Shown: positions 13,337 to 25,874 of the stretch, piece after piece | How the letters are laid out: each line of letters opens with the position of its first letter | Numbering within the stretch: the stretch's first letter is position 1 | Assembly: GCF_036971445.1 (NCBI RefSeq) | Contig: NC_091474.1 | Location: forward strand, 161,510,001 to 161,574,000 | Reading direction: 5' to 3' | Source of the DNA: Narcine bancroftii | Taxonomy: Eukaryota | DNA: 64,000 nucleotides | The notes under the pieces: generated by a model | Seen by the model: the letters and a program-made list of their open reading frames with translations, nothing else | Told to the model about the DNA's origin: nothing | The model's database searches: none | Program-made: the position numbers and the translations under genes

Positions 13337-13928
13337 CTGTGGATAATAAAATGGCACACAATGTTCCACAGGTTTGTGTCCTACCTTGTGTAAGAGTTGG
13401 TTGAAATTTTGACTCGAAACATTCTAAGTATTATCTCTGATTCTTTCTGGGGAATTAAAATGATAAGTACAGGCCATTGAATATACAATGGAAGATGGTA
13501 ATGTCCAGCAAATCCATCAGCTGCATGTGATCTGGCTAAGGATCTCAGAGCTGGCAATATCCAAGAAGAGTATATTAAAAAAAACCTGTTGGAAGCTGAG
13601 TAAGTAAATTAAAGTTAAGTGAATGAGAGAACTAGATACACCCATCAGCAAAGTCCATTAAAAACACATAAAGGAAATGAAAATTAGTTGTTATTATCTA
13701 TTTCACCAATATTGAGACAGTTTTGAACATCTTGAACATTATCAGAGTCTCCTTCCCCACCCCACCCCCCCCCCCCCCCCGATATAGGAGATTTAGAAAA
13801 GCTGTCCAAGGAAAAGGCATTTTATTATGCCATGCTTCATTACTGTTCAATTTTCTGTGCTAATTTTAAAAGGTCAGCATCTTATCACCATAGGGAAAAT
13901 GAAAAAAACTGAGATTAGATATGATTCA

Positions 13929-14054
<126 letters not shown>

Positions 14055-14250
14055 CTAAAAAGAAAAAAAAAACTTAAGATAACAAAAAAATCCAAAAAAT
14101 AAACAATAATTTTCATTTCACAATGAACACTTTGAACATCATTTGTTTTTAGCATTCCTGTCAAGCACAAGTTAAAGGTTTCATGTCAGTGATACGTTTC
14201 ACACTCAAATATAAAAACAATCTAAAACAGATGTAACATTTGTGGAATTG

Positions 14251-14290
14251 AATATATATATATATATATATACATATATATATGTATATA
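14251..14290. repeat. (TA)n microsatellite
   Basis: Direct reading. Confidence 0.9.
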
Positions 14291-15339
14291 AACATTTTCT
14301 AATCTTTTTTGTGATCTTATCAAAGAATCAATTCTCATTACCCGGTAGTACGATAATGAAAATGTAAATTTGACCAGCAATGATTGTTACAATAATGGTA
14401 GTTGTTAATAATTAGAACTAAAACAAAAATCAGAATAGAAAGAAATTGTTGGCATTTCTTCTTGATTTTTTTTTACATTCTGTGCATTGATAGAATACTA
14501 TTTTTAAATGAAGGACCAACTTATAAAATGGAACCTGGATAGTCTGAAGGTAGATACAGATCATTTAAGAAATGATGACATCTACAAAATACCAAGTGTA
14601 GCTATAAGGTGCCAAATGTTAGTTCAATTTCTGAAAAAAAACTATCATTTGACTATGTTGCAATTACAATACAACCCAATATGTGCGCTTGCGCCCAAAG
14701 TCCATGTCTATGAGAGAAGAAAGCTTGCAAAATTTGAAATCACTGTGTAGAATTTGATAATTTCCATAAAGCTTGTGGGAGTAGAAATTTAGAGAGGGAC
14801 TCCAGTTGAATGCATGCCTTACACAAAGAAAACAAACCAAAGGAAAACTTTAACTTTTTTTTACAGCAATTGCTTAATCTGTATGTAGTTGGAGGCTGCA
14901 AATAATTGTTGGCTTCATTCTACATTTCACATTTCACTATATTATGAAAACTCTGGAAGTATTGGGGATAAAAGTAAAAATTATATCAATGCAACAATAA
15001 AATATGTATGAAATAAACAATTTTTACTAGAAAAAAACTATTCTTGCATTGTACTGAACTGAAAAGTTTTCAATTGGTGTGGGTGTAGAATTGTACATGA
15101 AGAACAAAATAAGCTTTTGATTCAGACAAACTGTGCTGTTACCAGCATATTTAAGTGTGAGTATTTGTCAGAAGTTCCTAACATTTCAGTCTTGCTAAAA
15201 TCTTGGACAGCAATTTATATATCTCTCTTTCTCTCTTCCATGCAAGCAGAGACAGAACTGTGGGAAGTTGGTTTTCTGATTCTCTCAGTTCCCTGGTATA
15301 TTTGTATTATTTAATGTTGATCATTCTTCTCCCATTGAA

Positions 15340-16697
15340 TGGATGCAGGGTTTGAACCTGAAATGTTGACTCTCCCCTAAATCCATAGATGCTGATTGAC
15401 TTGCTTTTATAATGCAGAACCTGGAATCTGCAGGAAAATGAAACAAACTGCTGGAGGAATTCAACGGGTCAAACAGCATCTGTGGATTTAGGGGACAGTC
15501 GACATTTCAGGTTCAGTCTCTCCATCAGGACTGAGAGTGTGGTGTGGAGGTTGCCAGTATAAAGAGGAGAGGAGGAGGGATGTTGTAGGAGCAGTGAAAC
15601 TAGATGAGAATGGGGAAGGAAAGGTGATGGTATAGACAGGAAGATGACAAGTAGAGAGAACAAAGACTAAAGATTCTGGATTCTGATAAGTGAGGGAGGT
15701 GATGTGGAACCAGATCCCTGCAGATTCACAAGTGAAATGTTGCTTAACTTGGAAGCACTCTTTCAGGCCCTGTTAGTGAGGCAGGATGAGTTGGCACAAG
15801 TGGAGCATCTCCTGCAGTTACAGAGTTAGGTGCCAAAGGGAAAATTGGTGGAGAGGAAGGAGTGGACAAGTGAGTCATGGAGGGAGCATTCCCTGCGGAA
15901 TCCAGAGAGGGGAATACGTGTCTAGTGGTGGGATCACGTAGTAGGTGGCAGAAATGATGGAGGATTTATTGGACATGGTAGCTGGCAGGGTGGTAGCTGA
16001 GAACAAGGGGAATCCTGTTCTTGTTGCACATGGGGTGGAGGGGGTCAGGGCAGATGTGTGGTTAATAGACGATATGCAGGTGAGGGCTAAGTTGATGGTG
16101 GTAGAGGGAAAGCCATGTTGTTTGAAGAAGAAGGACACCTCTAATGATCTGGCATGAAGTCCTCGTCCTGGGATCAAATGCGATGGAAATGGAGGAATTA
16201 AGAGAAGAGAATTGAATCCTTACAGGGAACAGGGTGTGAAGAGGTGTAGATGAGGTAGCTGTGGGAGTTGGTGGGTTGTAGAAGATGTCTGTTGAGAGTT
16301 TGTCTCCCAAAATGGAGATGGATCAAGGAAAGGGAGGGTGTTGCTAGAGATGGGCCAAATGAATTTAAGGTTGGGGTGGAAGTTGGCAGCAAAGTGGATG
16401 AAGTTAATGAGCTCATCATGAGACAGCACCAAAGTAAACTTTAATGTAGCGAAGAATTGAGGGGCCTTGCCTGTTTCGGCTTGTAGCATGGATTGCTCCA
16501 TTTTGCAATCAAAAAGCAGGCATAGCTGGGGTACATGCAGGTACTCATGGCTACTACTTTGATATGGAGAAAGTGAAATTAGTCAAGGAGAAATTATTGA
16601 GGATGAGGACAAGTTCTGCCAGCCGGAGGAGAGTGGTGGTGGATGGGGAGTGGTTGCATCTATTGTCCAGAAAGAAACAAAGGGCTTTGAGGACTTC
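15340..16697 (-). mobile_element. Penelope-like element fragment with inverted terminal segment
   Basis: Minus ORFs read ELINFIHFAANFHPNLKFIW..LPFLD, STDIFY.PT and SSHPVPCKDSI, typical of PLE RT. 48-bp inverted repeat at 15353-15400 and 15468-15515. Confidence 0.85.
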
Positions 16698-17456
16698 AGT
16701 ATTAATTACTGAATACAATAAGTAAATTTAGTACTAAATTTATTCAGCTCTCTTTAGTTGTGGCATCTTGAAGGATCATACTTCTATTTAATCACTGTGT
16801 TCAAGCGAACTTCAGGGGAAACTAAATACTGTTTATTTAATCGTTTTAAATTCCCAATCATCATTGTAATTTAGCATTGATCTGAAAATTTGTTTATTTA
16901 TGATGGGTGAATTTCATTTTGAATTCAAATATTTTCCTTTTTATTCATTAATTAAAAATTTAATACCCTAGTCTTTATATAATACCTGATGGTTGTATGT
17001 GGAATTTCCATAAGAAACAATTTCACATGAATTATCTTGTTAAGCCTGATAAAAATATCTGCAAGCTTGATATTGTTCCCTTTATACAAAGTCTGTGGAT
17101 TCAAGCCTTTTCAGGATTTGAATAGATCTCCTGGATGTCCCAATGCAATACAAAAGGATGGCTACCTTACAGGGGATGCTGGCCTTCAGATAAAAGATCC
17201 CTTGGTTGGTAATGTTCAAAGAATTGCAAATTAGTACCTTGGAGTTTGATGCCAGTTTTTGTTATTTTTAATAATAACAAACAACCTAGTTTTTCCAGTT
17301 ATTGTAAAATGGGTATTAAATAATCCTCACTAAATGGGCAAAAGCCAGTTTTAAAATAGTACCTAAGTTAATGAATAATGAACCAGAAATGTAAAGTTAA
17401 CACAACTAGCTGGTGAAGGAAACAAATGCTGAGCAACAAAATAGTAGATACCAGCA

Positions 17457-17564
17457 CAGTGGTTCTCAACCTTTTTCTTTTCACTATGCCATCGGTGCTG
17501 TTGAGTAGTAAGGGATTGCATAAGGTGGTATGTGAGTGGAAAGAAAAAAGGTTGAGAACCACTG
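17457..17564. mobile_element. hAT (Charlie/Buster-type) MITE
   Basis: TIR CAGTGGTTCTCAACCTTTTT; perfect 8-bp TSD TACCAGCA. Confidence 0.9.
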
Positions 17565-18371
17565 TACCAGCAGGATACCCGGCATTGGGTACATGGCTGA
17601 AATAAAATACCCAAAAAACTTCATGGTAATTCTTCATAAATATATTTTTTCTATTCCCTGCTGCCTGCTCCTTGCATGTCTGGGAACATCAACAGTGAGA
17701 CTATTGTTTATCTGCTGTCTCTTGCCTTCTTTTTTTAAACTCTATGTGCTTGTGAAGAACTTCTGCCAAAGTTGCATCACATTTTTGGGCCTATATTGAA
17801 CTAGGCTTGGTTTCTGAATGTACATTGATGTATAGCACTGTAACTAATCGAGGTGTCCCTGATGGAAGTTCAAATTTGTTTTGAACTTTTGAATTTCATA
17901 TGACCTTAAATGTTCAATTCAATCTGGTCATGACATTTAGCATTAAATGTTACCACAATTGTAGTAAACAGTAAAGCAAGTCAGGTTTAGTAAATACTTG
18001 TATAAACAATAAAGCAAGTCTGTGCAAGCTGGTCAAAAAAAACTTTTGAACTTCATATGATCTTAAAGGTTAAATTCAATGAAATTCAATCTGGTCATGA
18101 CATTCAGAATCAAATATTACCCCTACTGAACCTCGTTGGACATTTCTAGAGTGCTCCATATGGATTTGCATGGAGACAGACAAACAGGCACACAAACTAA
18201 CATACATGGACAAATATATATTAGATTGTACAAGTTCAGTTATTTTAAAATTGTGTTTGATCTTGCAAAGCTAAATGATTCTGAAGCCATTTTTAATGCC
18301 CTGCCTTACAGGATTTCAGAAAGGATATGATGATGGAGTACAAAATTAAATAGCATCACTTCATGGACTTT

Positions 18372-18552
18372 AGTTGACGAGGGGTATTGAGACTCTGGTT
18401 GATGAGGGGTATTGAGATTCTAGCTGACGAGGGGTATTGAGACTCTGGCTGACGAGGGGTATTGAGACTCTGGTTGGTTAGGGTATTAAGACTCTGGTTA
18501 ATGAGAGGTTTTGAGACTGGATTAAGACTGGACAAGAGGGATTAAGACTTTG
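18372..18552 (+). repeat. 25-bp minisatellite (GACGAGGGGTATTGAGACTCTGGTT), about 6-7 units
   Basis: Direct reading; the last unit runs into CR1 ORF2 sequence. Confidence 0.85.
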
Positions 18553-19830
18553 GTCAATAAAAAAGGCATATATCAGATTTAAACAGTTCAGATTACACAA
18601 AGCAGTCATTGAGTTTAAGAGGTGTAAGAATATGCTTACAAGGGAATTAGAAGAGCAAAATGAGAACATGAGATGGAGTGGCAGGATAAAGGAAAATCCA
18701 GGTGATTCTGTAAGCATATTAAGGAATTTCAAGGAAAAATTGGTCTCATTAAAAATCAACGTGGCTGTCTTTGTATCGAGCCACAGGAGATGTATGAGAT
18801 TTGAAGTGAAAACTCATCAGTCTTTACTGTGGAAAAGATCAAGAAAGAAAAGGAATTTAAGCAAATGAGTTGCAATGTCCTGGACCATGTATGAAGTGAT
18901 AGGGAGGAGTTGATGGACATCCTGGGAGTGCAAGTGCATCCTTGGAAGCTAGGGAAGAAATTGTGGAGGACTTTACCAAAATGGCCTTGGGTGAAGTGCT
19001 GGAAGACTGAAGGTTGGTTAACGTTGTGACTTTATTTAAAAAAAGGTAGCAAACTAGAGAACTACAGGCTAGTGAGCCTGATGTCAATCATTGGAAAGAT
19101 GCTGGAGGTGATTTTGAGGTACAGGATCTACCAACTTTTGGACAGGAAGAGATTGATTAGAAGTAGTCAGCATACTTGTGTAAAGAAGATAGTCTCATGA
19201 ATCTGATAGTGTATTTTTAAAAAGGTGACAAAAGAATTGATAAGGGCAGCATAGCGAACATTGTTTATGTGGACTTTAGCAAGGCCTTTGACAAGATCCT
19301 ACATGGCAGGTTAGTATAGAAGAATGGTTGTCAACCTTTCCCCCCCCCATAACACCTTAATGCCATAGGTGCTTGGTGCTTAGTAATGGATGACTTAAAG
19401 TGGTTTGTGAGTGGAATAAATGCTGGTCTAGAAGGCAAGATCTCAAGGAATCCAAGGAGAGCTGGTCAATTAGATTCCAAGCTAGGTTTGTGAAAGGTAC
19501 CAGAGGATGGTAATGAAGGGATACTATTCTGATTGGAGCCTGTGACCAGTGGTATGCTGCAGGGATTAATACTGAGTCCACCATTGTGTATTATCAATAT
19601 TAATGAGTTGGATGGTAATGTAGTTAACATGATTAATAAATGTGCAGGTGACACCAAAATTGGTGGTGCAGTGGACAGTGAGGAAGGATATCTAAATTTA
19701 CAACAAGATCTTGGTCAGGTGAGAAGGTAGGCCAAGGAATGGCAAATGGAATTTAACTGACAAGTGTGAAGTGTTGCATTTTGTTCAGTTAAACCTGGGG
19801 AGAATTGGAGTACAAAAGTTGGGACCCAGA
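18552..19830 (+). mobile_element. Degenerate CR1 ORF2 fragment, interrupted by a hAT MITE at about 19324-19415
   Basis: DFSKAFDK, VTSG..QG.ILSP and INKCAGDTKIGG remnants. Confidence 0.8.
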
Positions 19831-19834
19831 GTTC

Positions 19835-21960
19835 TCCATTATTTCAAAGGTTGACTACTAATTGTCCTTCACAACTTACAAACCTACACTTCTACCTACC
19901 AATTTGATCACCTGATTAAGTCCTTCTTCCTCAACCAATCACCCCCTCCTTTCCAGCAAAAAAACAACCCCACCCCACAAATTCCAACCCTCCTTCGCAT
20001 TAATCTTACCATCTGTCTCACCCTATCCACCAATAAGCAATCTTTTGTCCACTAAATGACACAACAACTAACTCCCAATCCCCCAACTACTATTCCTTTC
20101 CCAACTATCAATCTATGCTGGCTACTACAAGTCCAAACTTGACAACAATTTTTTTCCTACTGAACATTCCAACCAATCTCATCTCCAAACTTCCAATCTA
20201 ACTCCCATTGTCAAACAATTCTACTCCCCTGAAGACTAATCCTTCTTTAACTATCAGTGCTTCACCTGTTGACAATTTAAGACCCCTGTCTACTAATCCT
20301 AAACCAGTGGTTCTCAACCAATGCCATCGATGCTCTGTGATTAGTAAGGGATTACTTAAGGTGGCATGTGAGCGGGAAAAAAGGTTGAGAACCACTGTCC
20401 TACACCCAACTCCTTATTCTACTCATAATATGAAAACTTCGACCAATTATGTCCTACAGCTAATGGTATTTCCTACTACCAATCTAGCTTTCACTGACTA
20501 CTGATCCTAACCCCAACTACCATTTTATTAATCACCAATTATCAGTCCCATCACCCAAATACCAACCCTCCCTTATAACGATCATTCTTTCATCAACTAA
20601 AAAGCCCTGTTCTGACAATCCAGCCTGTCGCGGCTACAAATCCTCACAGACCATCAATCAAAATTGATTATCAATCTTACTCCTCAGCTACCACTTACGA
20701 GTAGTTCTCAAACATTTTCCCTCACTCACATACCCCCTTAAGCAATCCCTTACTAACCACAGAGCACCTTGGGCATTATTTGGTGGGGGGGGGGGGGTAT
20801 GTGAGTGGGAAAAAAAATTTGGAACCACTGGTGTGTTCAGTAAAATGACAAATCATGATCCTTCTAATAACCAATTTATCTCTTGATCACCAATCAAAAC
20901 TCCCACACCTACTCATTCCATCTGAAAATCGATCCTAAACCCATTTACCAATCCTTGCAAACACTTGCCAATCACATAAACACTGACTACCAAATTTAAT
21001 TCCCTACGATCAATCCTGCAAACCCTAACAATCAATTTTACTTCCTAATGTAAAACTCCATTACTACAAATCCTATCTCCTGACTAATAATCTGAATCCT
21101 AACTACCAATCTTACTTTACCTGACAACCGAACATACCCACAAACCCCACATATCAATCAGTCCCTCCACATCTATCCTGAATACCAACCACCCATTTTC
21201 CCTTCATCATTACCAATCCTCTCTTGACCACTATTTATGAATCCTCTCACCCATTAACTTCCAAAATATTCTTCTGTAGTTCCTTGTACTGATTAACAAT
21301 TCTATCCCTCTCCACTATTGTTTTCTCACCTAAAAAATGAATCATAACACTCAATTACCAATCCTTCCTTGACAACTATTCTTACAATCTCCTACTACCT
21401 AACTAAATTTCTACCAGTTAAAATCCTGAATACCAATTCTATCTCCTGACTACTTATTTCCAACAACCAAGGTAACTCCTACCAGCTGCCGATCCCACCC
21501 TCATGTATCAATTCTATTCCCCCTCAATTACAATTCCTGCCCAAAGTGTATTGTTGTTCCAATTCTTCACCCCACCTCCTAATTCCACCTTTTCATCGAC
21601 CAGTCATAACTTTCTGATGATATTTTTGAAGTCCCTATTTATCAATCCCAGTCCCATGATTACTAATCTGAGTATTCTCTCATATTATTACTGTCTATAA
21701 ATTTTAAAATATTGGCCAATTCGACCTCTGCGATTACTGGTCCTTCTTCTATATCAATACTCTCCAATTATACCTTCCAACTGTACTCTGAGCCAGCTAA
21801 ATTTAATCCCCACAACTTTTCCTAATCCTACTCCTCGACTACAAACCCTAAACTGAAAAATAACCAATCCTATTAACTCTTACCTCCCTATCAATCTCCT
21901 GCAACAGCCAAGATTTTCAACCCATTTATCCATTATTTATCCCATCAACTCTCACTCTCA
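19835..21960. repeat. Degenerate G-poor satellite-like tract (ACTACCAATCCT-like units)
   Basis: Recurrent taccaatc/ctaccaat motifs and very few G on the plus strand for about 2.1 kb; contains two hAT MITEs. Confidence 0.7.
20305..20397. mobile_element. hAT MITE
   Basis: Same TIR family; TSD TCCTAAAC/TCCTACAC. Another copy lies at about 20700-20830. Confidence 0.85.
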
Positions 21961-23192
21961 GCCTCACATCTTTCTCCACTTTGACCCACTTGCTCCTCAC
22001 CCAGGTCTCCTCTCCTCTCCTAGCTCCAGGTTTCCTTTCATGATTTCCTTTGTTCACTTGGCATTGGTGAAGCATTAAAGCAAAGAATGCCAATGTGCCG
22101 ACCACACAGAAAACATTTGTTGATCAATTCCAAACCATCTGACCGAATGCTTCTATAATGGGACCAGCCAATTTCTATAAATTATTATTTCATTTGCTAT
22201 GCAATACTGACATGTTTCTTGTTTGCCTACTTTTGATAAGAATGGCTCATGCATTTGAAATAAGATGCAATCATTTTGGTTAAAAATGCCAGCAATCTCG
22301 TGCCACCTTCTAACACAAGATATCTTTGTTTTAGCGATGTCTGAAAATAAATTTACTGGGAACTAACTACATTTTCAAAAAAATCTAGCATAGCATAGAG
22401 TATATTGTTTTGAAATCATATTCAACTGGTCTTCACTGGAATTGAGATTTAAAAAAGAGTATTGGATTTCAGGCTTTACTTGATTGATTTAAATATTAAA
22501 CTTCAGATTACCCAAAAGCAGTTAGTTTGAAAGCATGATTAGGGCAATAATTCTCAACCAGTCTACCAGGCTCTCATGCAATCATCGTGAGAATGCTCTG
22601 TTAATGACGCTTCTGCCACATGAATATGGCAGCTCTGCACCCGCAAAATCAGCCACAAAATGTAATAATGATAAACTATTTTACAAATGATTTATCCGAG
22701 AAGCATGGAGAGAAAATGCTCGGTGGACTAAGATGTAAATTCAGTCACACGTGGACAAATCCTTCATCTCAAAAGCAGAGCATGCATTGCTTTTTAAAGA
22801 TACTTGATACAGTATTAAGCAATTGAATTGGAATTGTGTTTAATCTGTTCTTTTTCTTTCGGGTTAAATATTGTAGGAAGCAAAAAGATTCTGAGATCAG
22901 CTCAAGCTTTGCTGGTTCAGAGATAAATTAGTCAGACATTTTCAGCAGTGGCCCTACAGCCCTTCTGAGGGCTACAACATTTACTCGGTAAGTAAATGCC
23001 TTTTTTTTCCCCTTTCACCTCTTGCAGCATCAATATTTTTAATGTAGTCAGTAGGAGAGAAGTTCAGAACAAACCAAAATGACTGCTTCACAGGTAAGGG
23101 GGCCTATAAACTTTGAGCAGAGCCGAAGCCGAAAAAAGGTTGAGAGTGGCTTAATTAGATGACAATTGCTTTTCCAGAAATTGGCACTTTGC

Positions 23193-23932
23193 TGGTTTGG
23201 GAGGAATTGTTAGAGCAGGTTGCACACAAACATTTTAAAACACAGAATTTTTGCAGGACTTTGTAGAGTGCTATTTTGCAGAAAGCAACAAAGTAACAAC
23301 ATCCAGCAGCATGCCTGGGAGAGCATGTGATCTTTGCAGGCAGCTTTGCTCTCAGAGAGGGAGGAAGCTGAGAGAGAAGGAGAGACAGGGAAATTGGTTC
23401 CAGAGGGACAAGCTGGCAAATTTTGGAAGACTGCCTGGTCAAAGGAGAAGACTAGCTGTCTGAAAGGTGACCTGAAAGAAAGAGGATCATCTGGAGAACC
23501 CTGAAGGGGGCAAGTTTCGTCAGCAAGACTGATTGGAAAGGAATTAGGTATGGATGTCTTGGAACAAAAGGGATCTCTCTCAGAAAACCAACCAGAACTC
23601 TCCTGAGTGGTAACCATTTGCCTATTAAGCACCAAAGCCTGGTGAACTTTATTAATGCTAAGTTCTGTGCACAGTACAAGAATTGCCTGCAAACAGTGAG
23701 ATTGAACTGTGATCCAAATAACTTTTCTAAACTTATATACACATTACACTTACCAGCGCTTAGTATTAGAGGGGGGATTAAGTAGGTTAAGTAAGTTGAT
23801 AGTAATAAGTTAAAGTTTAATTCTGTTTTCTTGTTCAAATATAATTAAAAACTACTTTTGTTTAAGTACCCCTTTGTGTTGTGGAGCATATCTATTGCTG
23901 CTGGTTCTTGGGGTTCTCTGGACTCTGTAACA
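23193..23932 (+). mobile_element. Solo LTR (same family as 49051-49812, opposite orientation; strand label relative)
   Basis: Aligns by eye with the reverse complement of 49051-49790; ends TGTAACA; first ~20 bp missing. Confidence 0.8.
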
Positions 23933-25874
23933 ACTTGCTTACCTTTTCTCTCCTTCCAATTTTAACAAAATTAAATAAAAAATGCTTTTCTTTTATAGTA
24001 ATTCTAAAAATGAAACATATTTGCAAAATAAAAACAAAGATTGATGCATATGCATTATGGCCAGTGAGATCTCAAATCAATTTAGGGGGGAAAAAAATCC
24101 CTGGAATAGAGTGCACAGACAAAAACAACATGCATACATGCCAGGTACAAAACACTACACTAATCTGTAATGTTTCCTGAAACAAAAGGAATTCTTTCAT
24201 TCATGTGACTCTTTGCACAAACTCTGATTGCCCTATAATCTATTAGTACAAGATAAGTACTTAAAGTGGAAAATATTATGGCAAATTTGCATTCAGAAAG
24301 ATCTTTAAAACAACAATCTGAACTTCTTTTTTAGTTATGTTGATTGCAGATCATAGTGCCACAACATTTCTGGTCTCTTTCAAGACTGTGCTGTGGGATC
24401 TTTCTCATTGAGAAAATCAACATGGAGAATTTAGCACTTGGGCCACAGCTAAACTGGAGCTGAAGCTGGAATTGAGCAGTTTTACTGACACCATAGATCT
24501 GTAGATGTTAACTCAACCTGGGGTCAGATGTGATACAAAGGTGGTGAACAGCCTTATCCACTGTCAGACCATTGCCAACAATAGTGCCTTAGAGACAGTT
24601 TATTATGGAGATAGGGGATGGTTCCCAACAATCATTCTGGTCTGATCAGTATTTAATTGAAGTAAATTTCCATTAACAAGGTACTGGCTGAGGTAAAGTT
24701 GTCTGCCAATTTTCAATATTTCCTGGCATTTGATACTGTTAATTTGTCAGCTGACAATAAAGAGCAAAGGAATGAAAACAGAAATTTTGATTAACTAATT
24801 AATATCACACAAACACTTAAAATTGGACAACTATGGATCATTAGTTCTCACTCTTGTTTATCTCCTTTCACAACATGATAATTAATTTGGTATATATTAA
24901 TGGGTTGATAATTGCGCTGGGAAAATTAATTTCTGTTCCTAAATGTTGAATAAAGGACTGAAACCATGTGTAACTGGGTAGCAATATGATTTTGAAATAC
25001 TGGCTTTGAACATATCCTGAAGGATTAGATGATAGTTTCCTCCTGTTGGGTACTGGAGTCCAAGGTAAATTATCTATGAAACACACTGAAGAGTGCATAT
25101 AGTGAAGACTGAAGCTAAGCAAACTCTGCTGGAGGAACTCGGCAGGACAAGCAGCATCAATGGGAGAAAAAGAACATTTCTATGGTAATAATATAACTTA
25201 CCCAATTTTTGATTTGTGAACTTTTAATATAAATATGATGAGAATGGACTAAATTTTCTCAAATTTTTAAATGGACCAATTCTCCATTTCCCCGAAATCC
25301 TTTGTGAATTAGTTACAGAAGTAGGGTAGTGAAACATAAAAGTCTGCAGATGGTGTGATTGTAGTAAAAAACATAGAAAAGCTGGAGGACTCATAGATTT
25401 TGATATAAACATAAAGCTAATGTAACAAAAACATTTTCAAGGAAGTTTTACTTTTAAAAAGGTAACTTCACTCAGGAGCACATGTCTCAAGTACGATCAT
25501 TCTGACTGATGCAGTATTAAGGCTGAAATTAAGGCAGAATAATGGGATAGTATAAGCTAGTTTTACCCTCAATGCAATTCACTACACACAAAGTAAACAT
25601 TTTTCTCTCCAATCAATTCCATTCTATTCTAAAGTCTGCAAATAAAAAAGCAAATATATCTGAACAATAGAATTAAAAGCTACTGAAGTAATTAATAATG
25701 TTTGCACATTTGTATTAAATTGAGCTATTTTTAACAATATAATGAAAATGAATTATGAACTGGGAATAAATATACAAAGATTTACATGACACAGCTTCAA
25801 AGCTGTATGTAAATCTGACTTGATGTCCAAAAATATACATTAAAAATGATCTGTAAGTCCTTTTCCTGCTTATG

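Noticed and set aside
17875-18225. ~75-bp direct duplication with a (CAGA/CAAA)-like tail, possibly a Helentron-type element
   Set aside because: The duplication is real, but I cannot define termini or family, so it is not called as a feature.
18372-18552. CRISPR-like repeat array
   Set aside because: Units are contiguous with no unique spacers, the context is eukaryotic, and the array is continuous with CR1.
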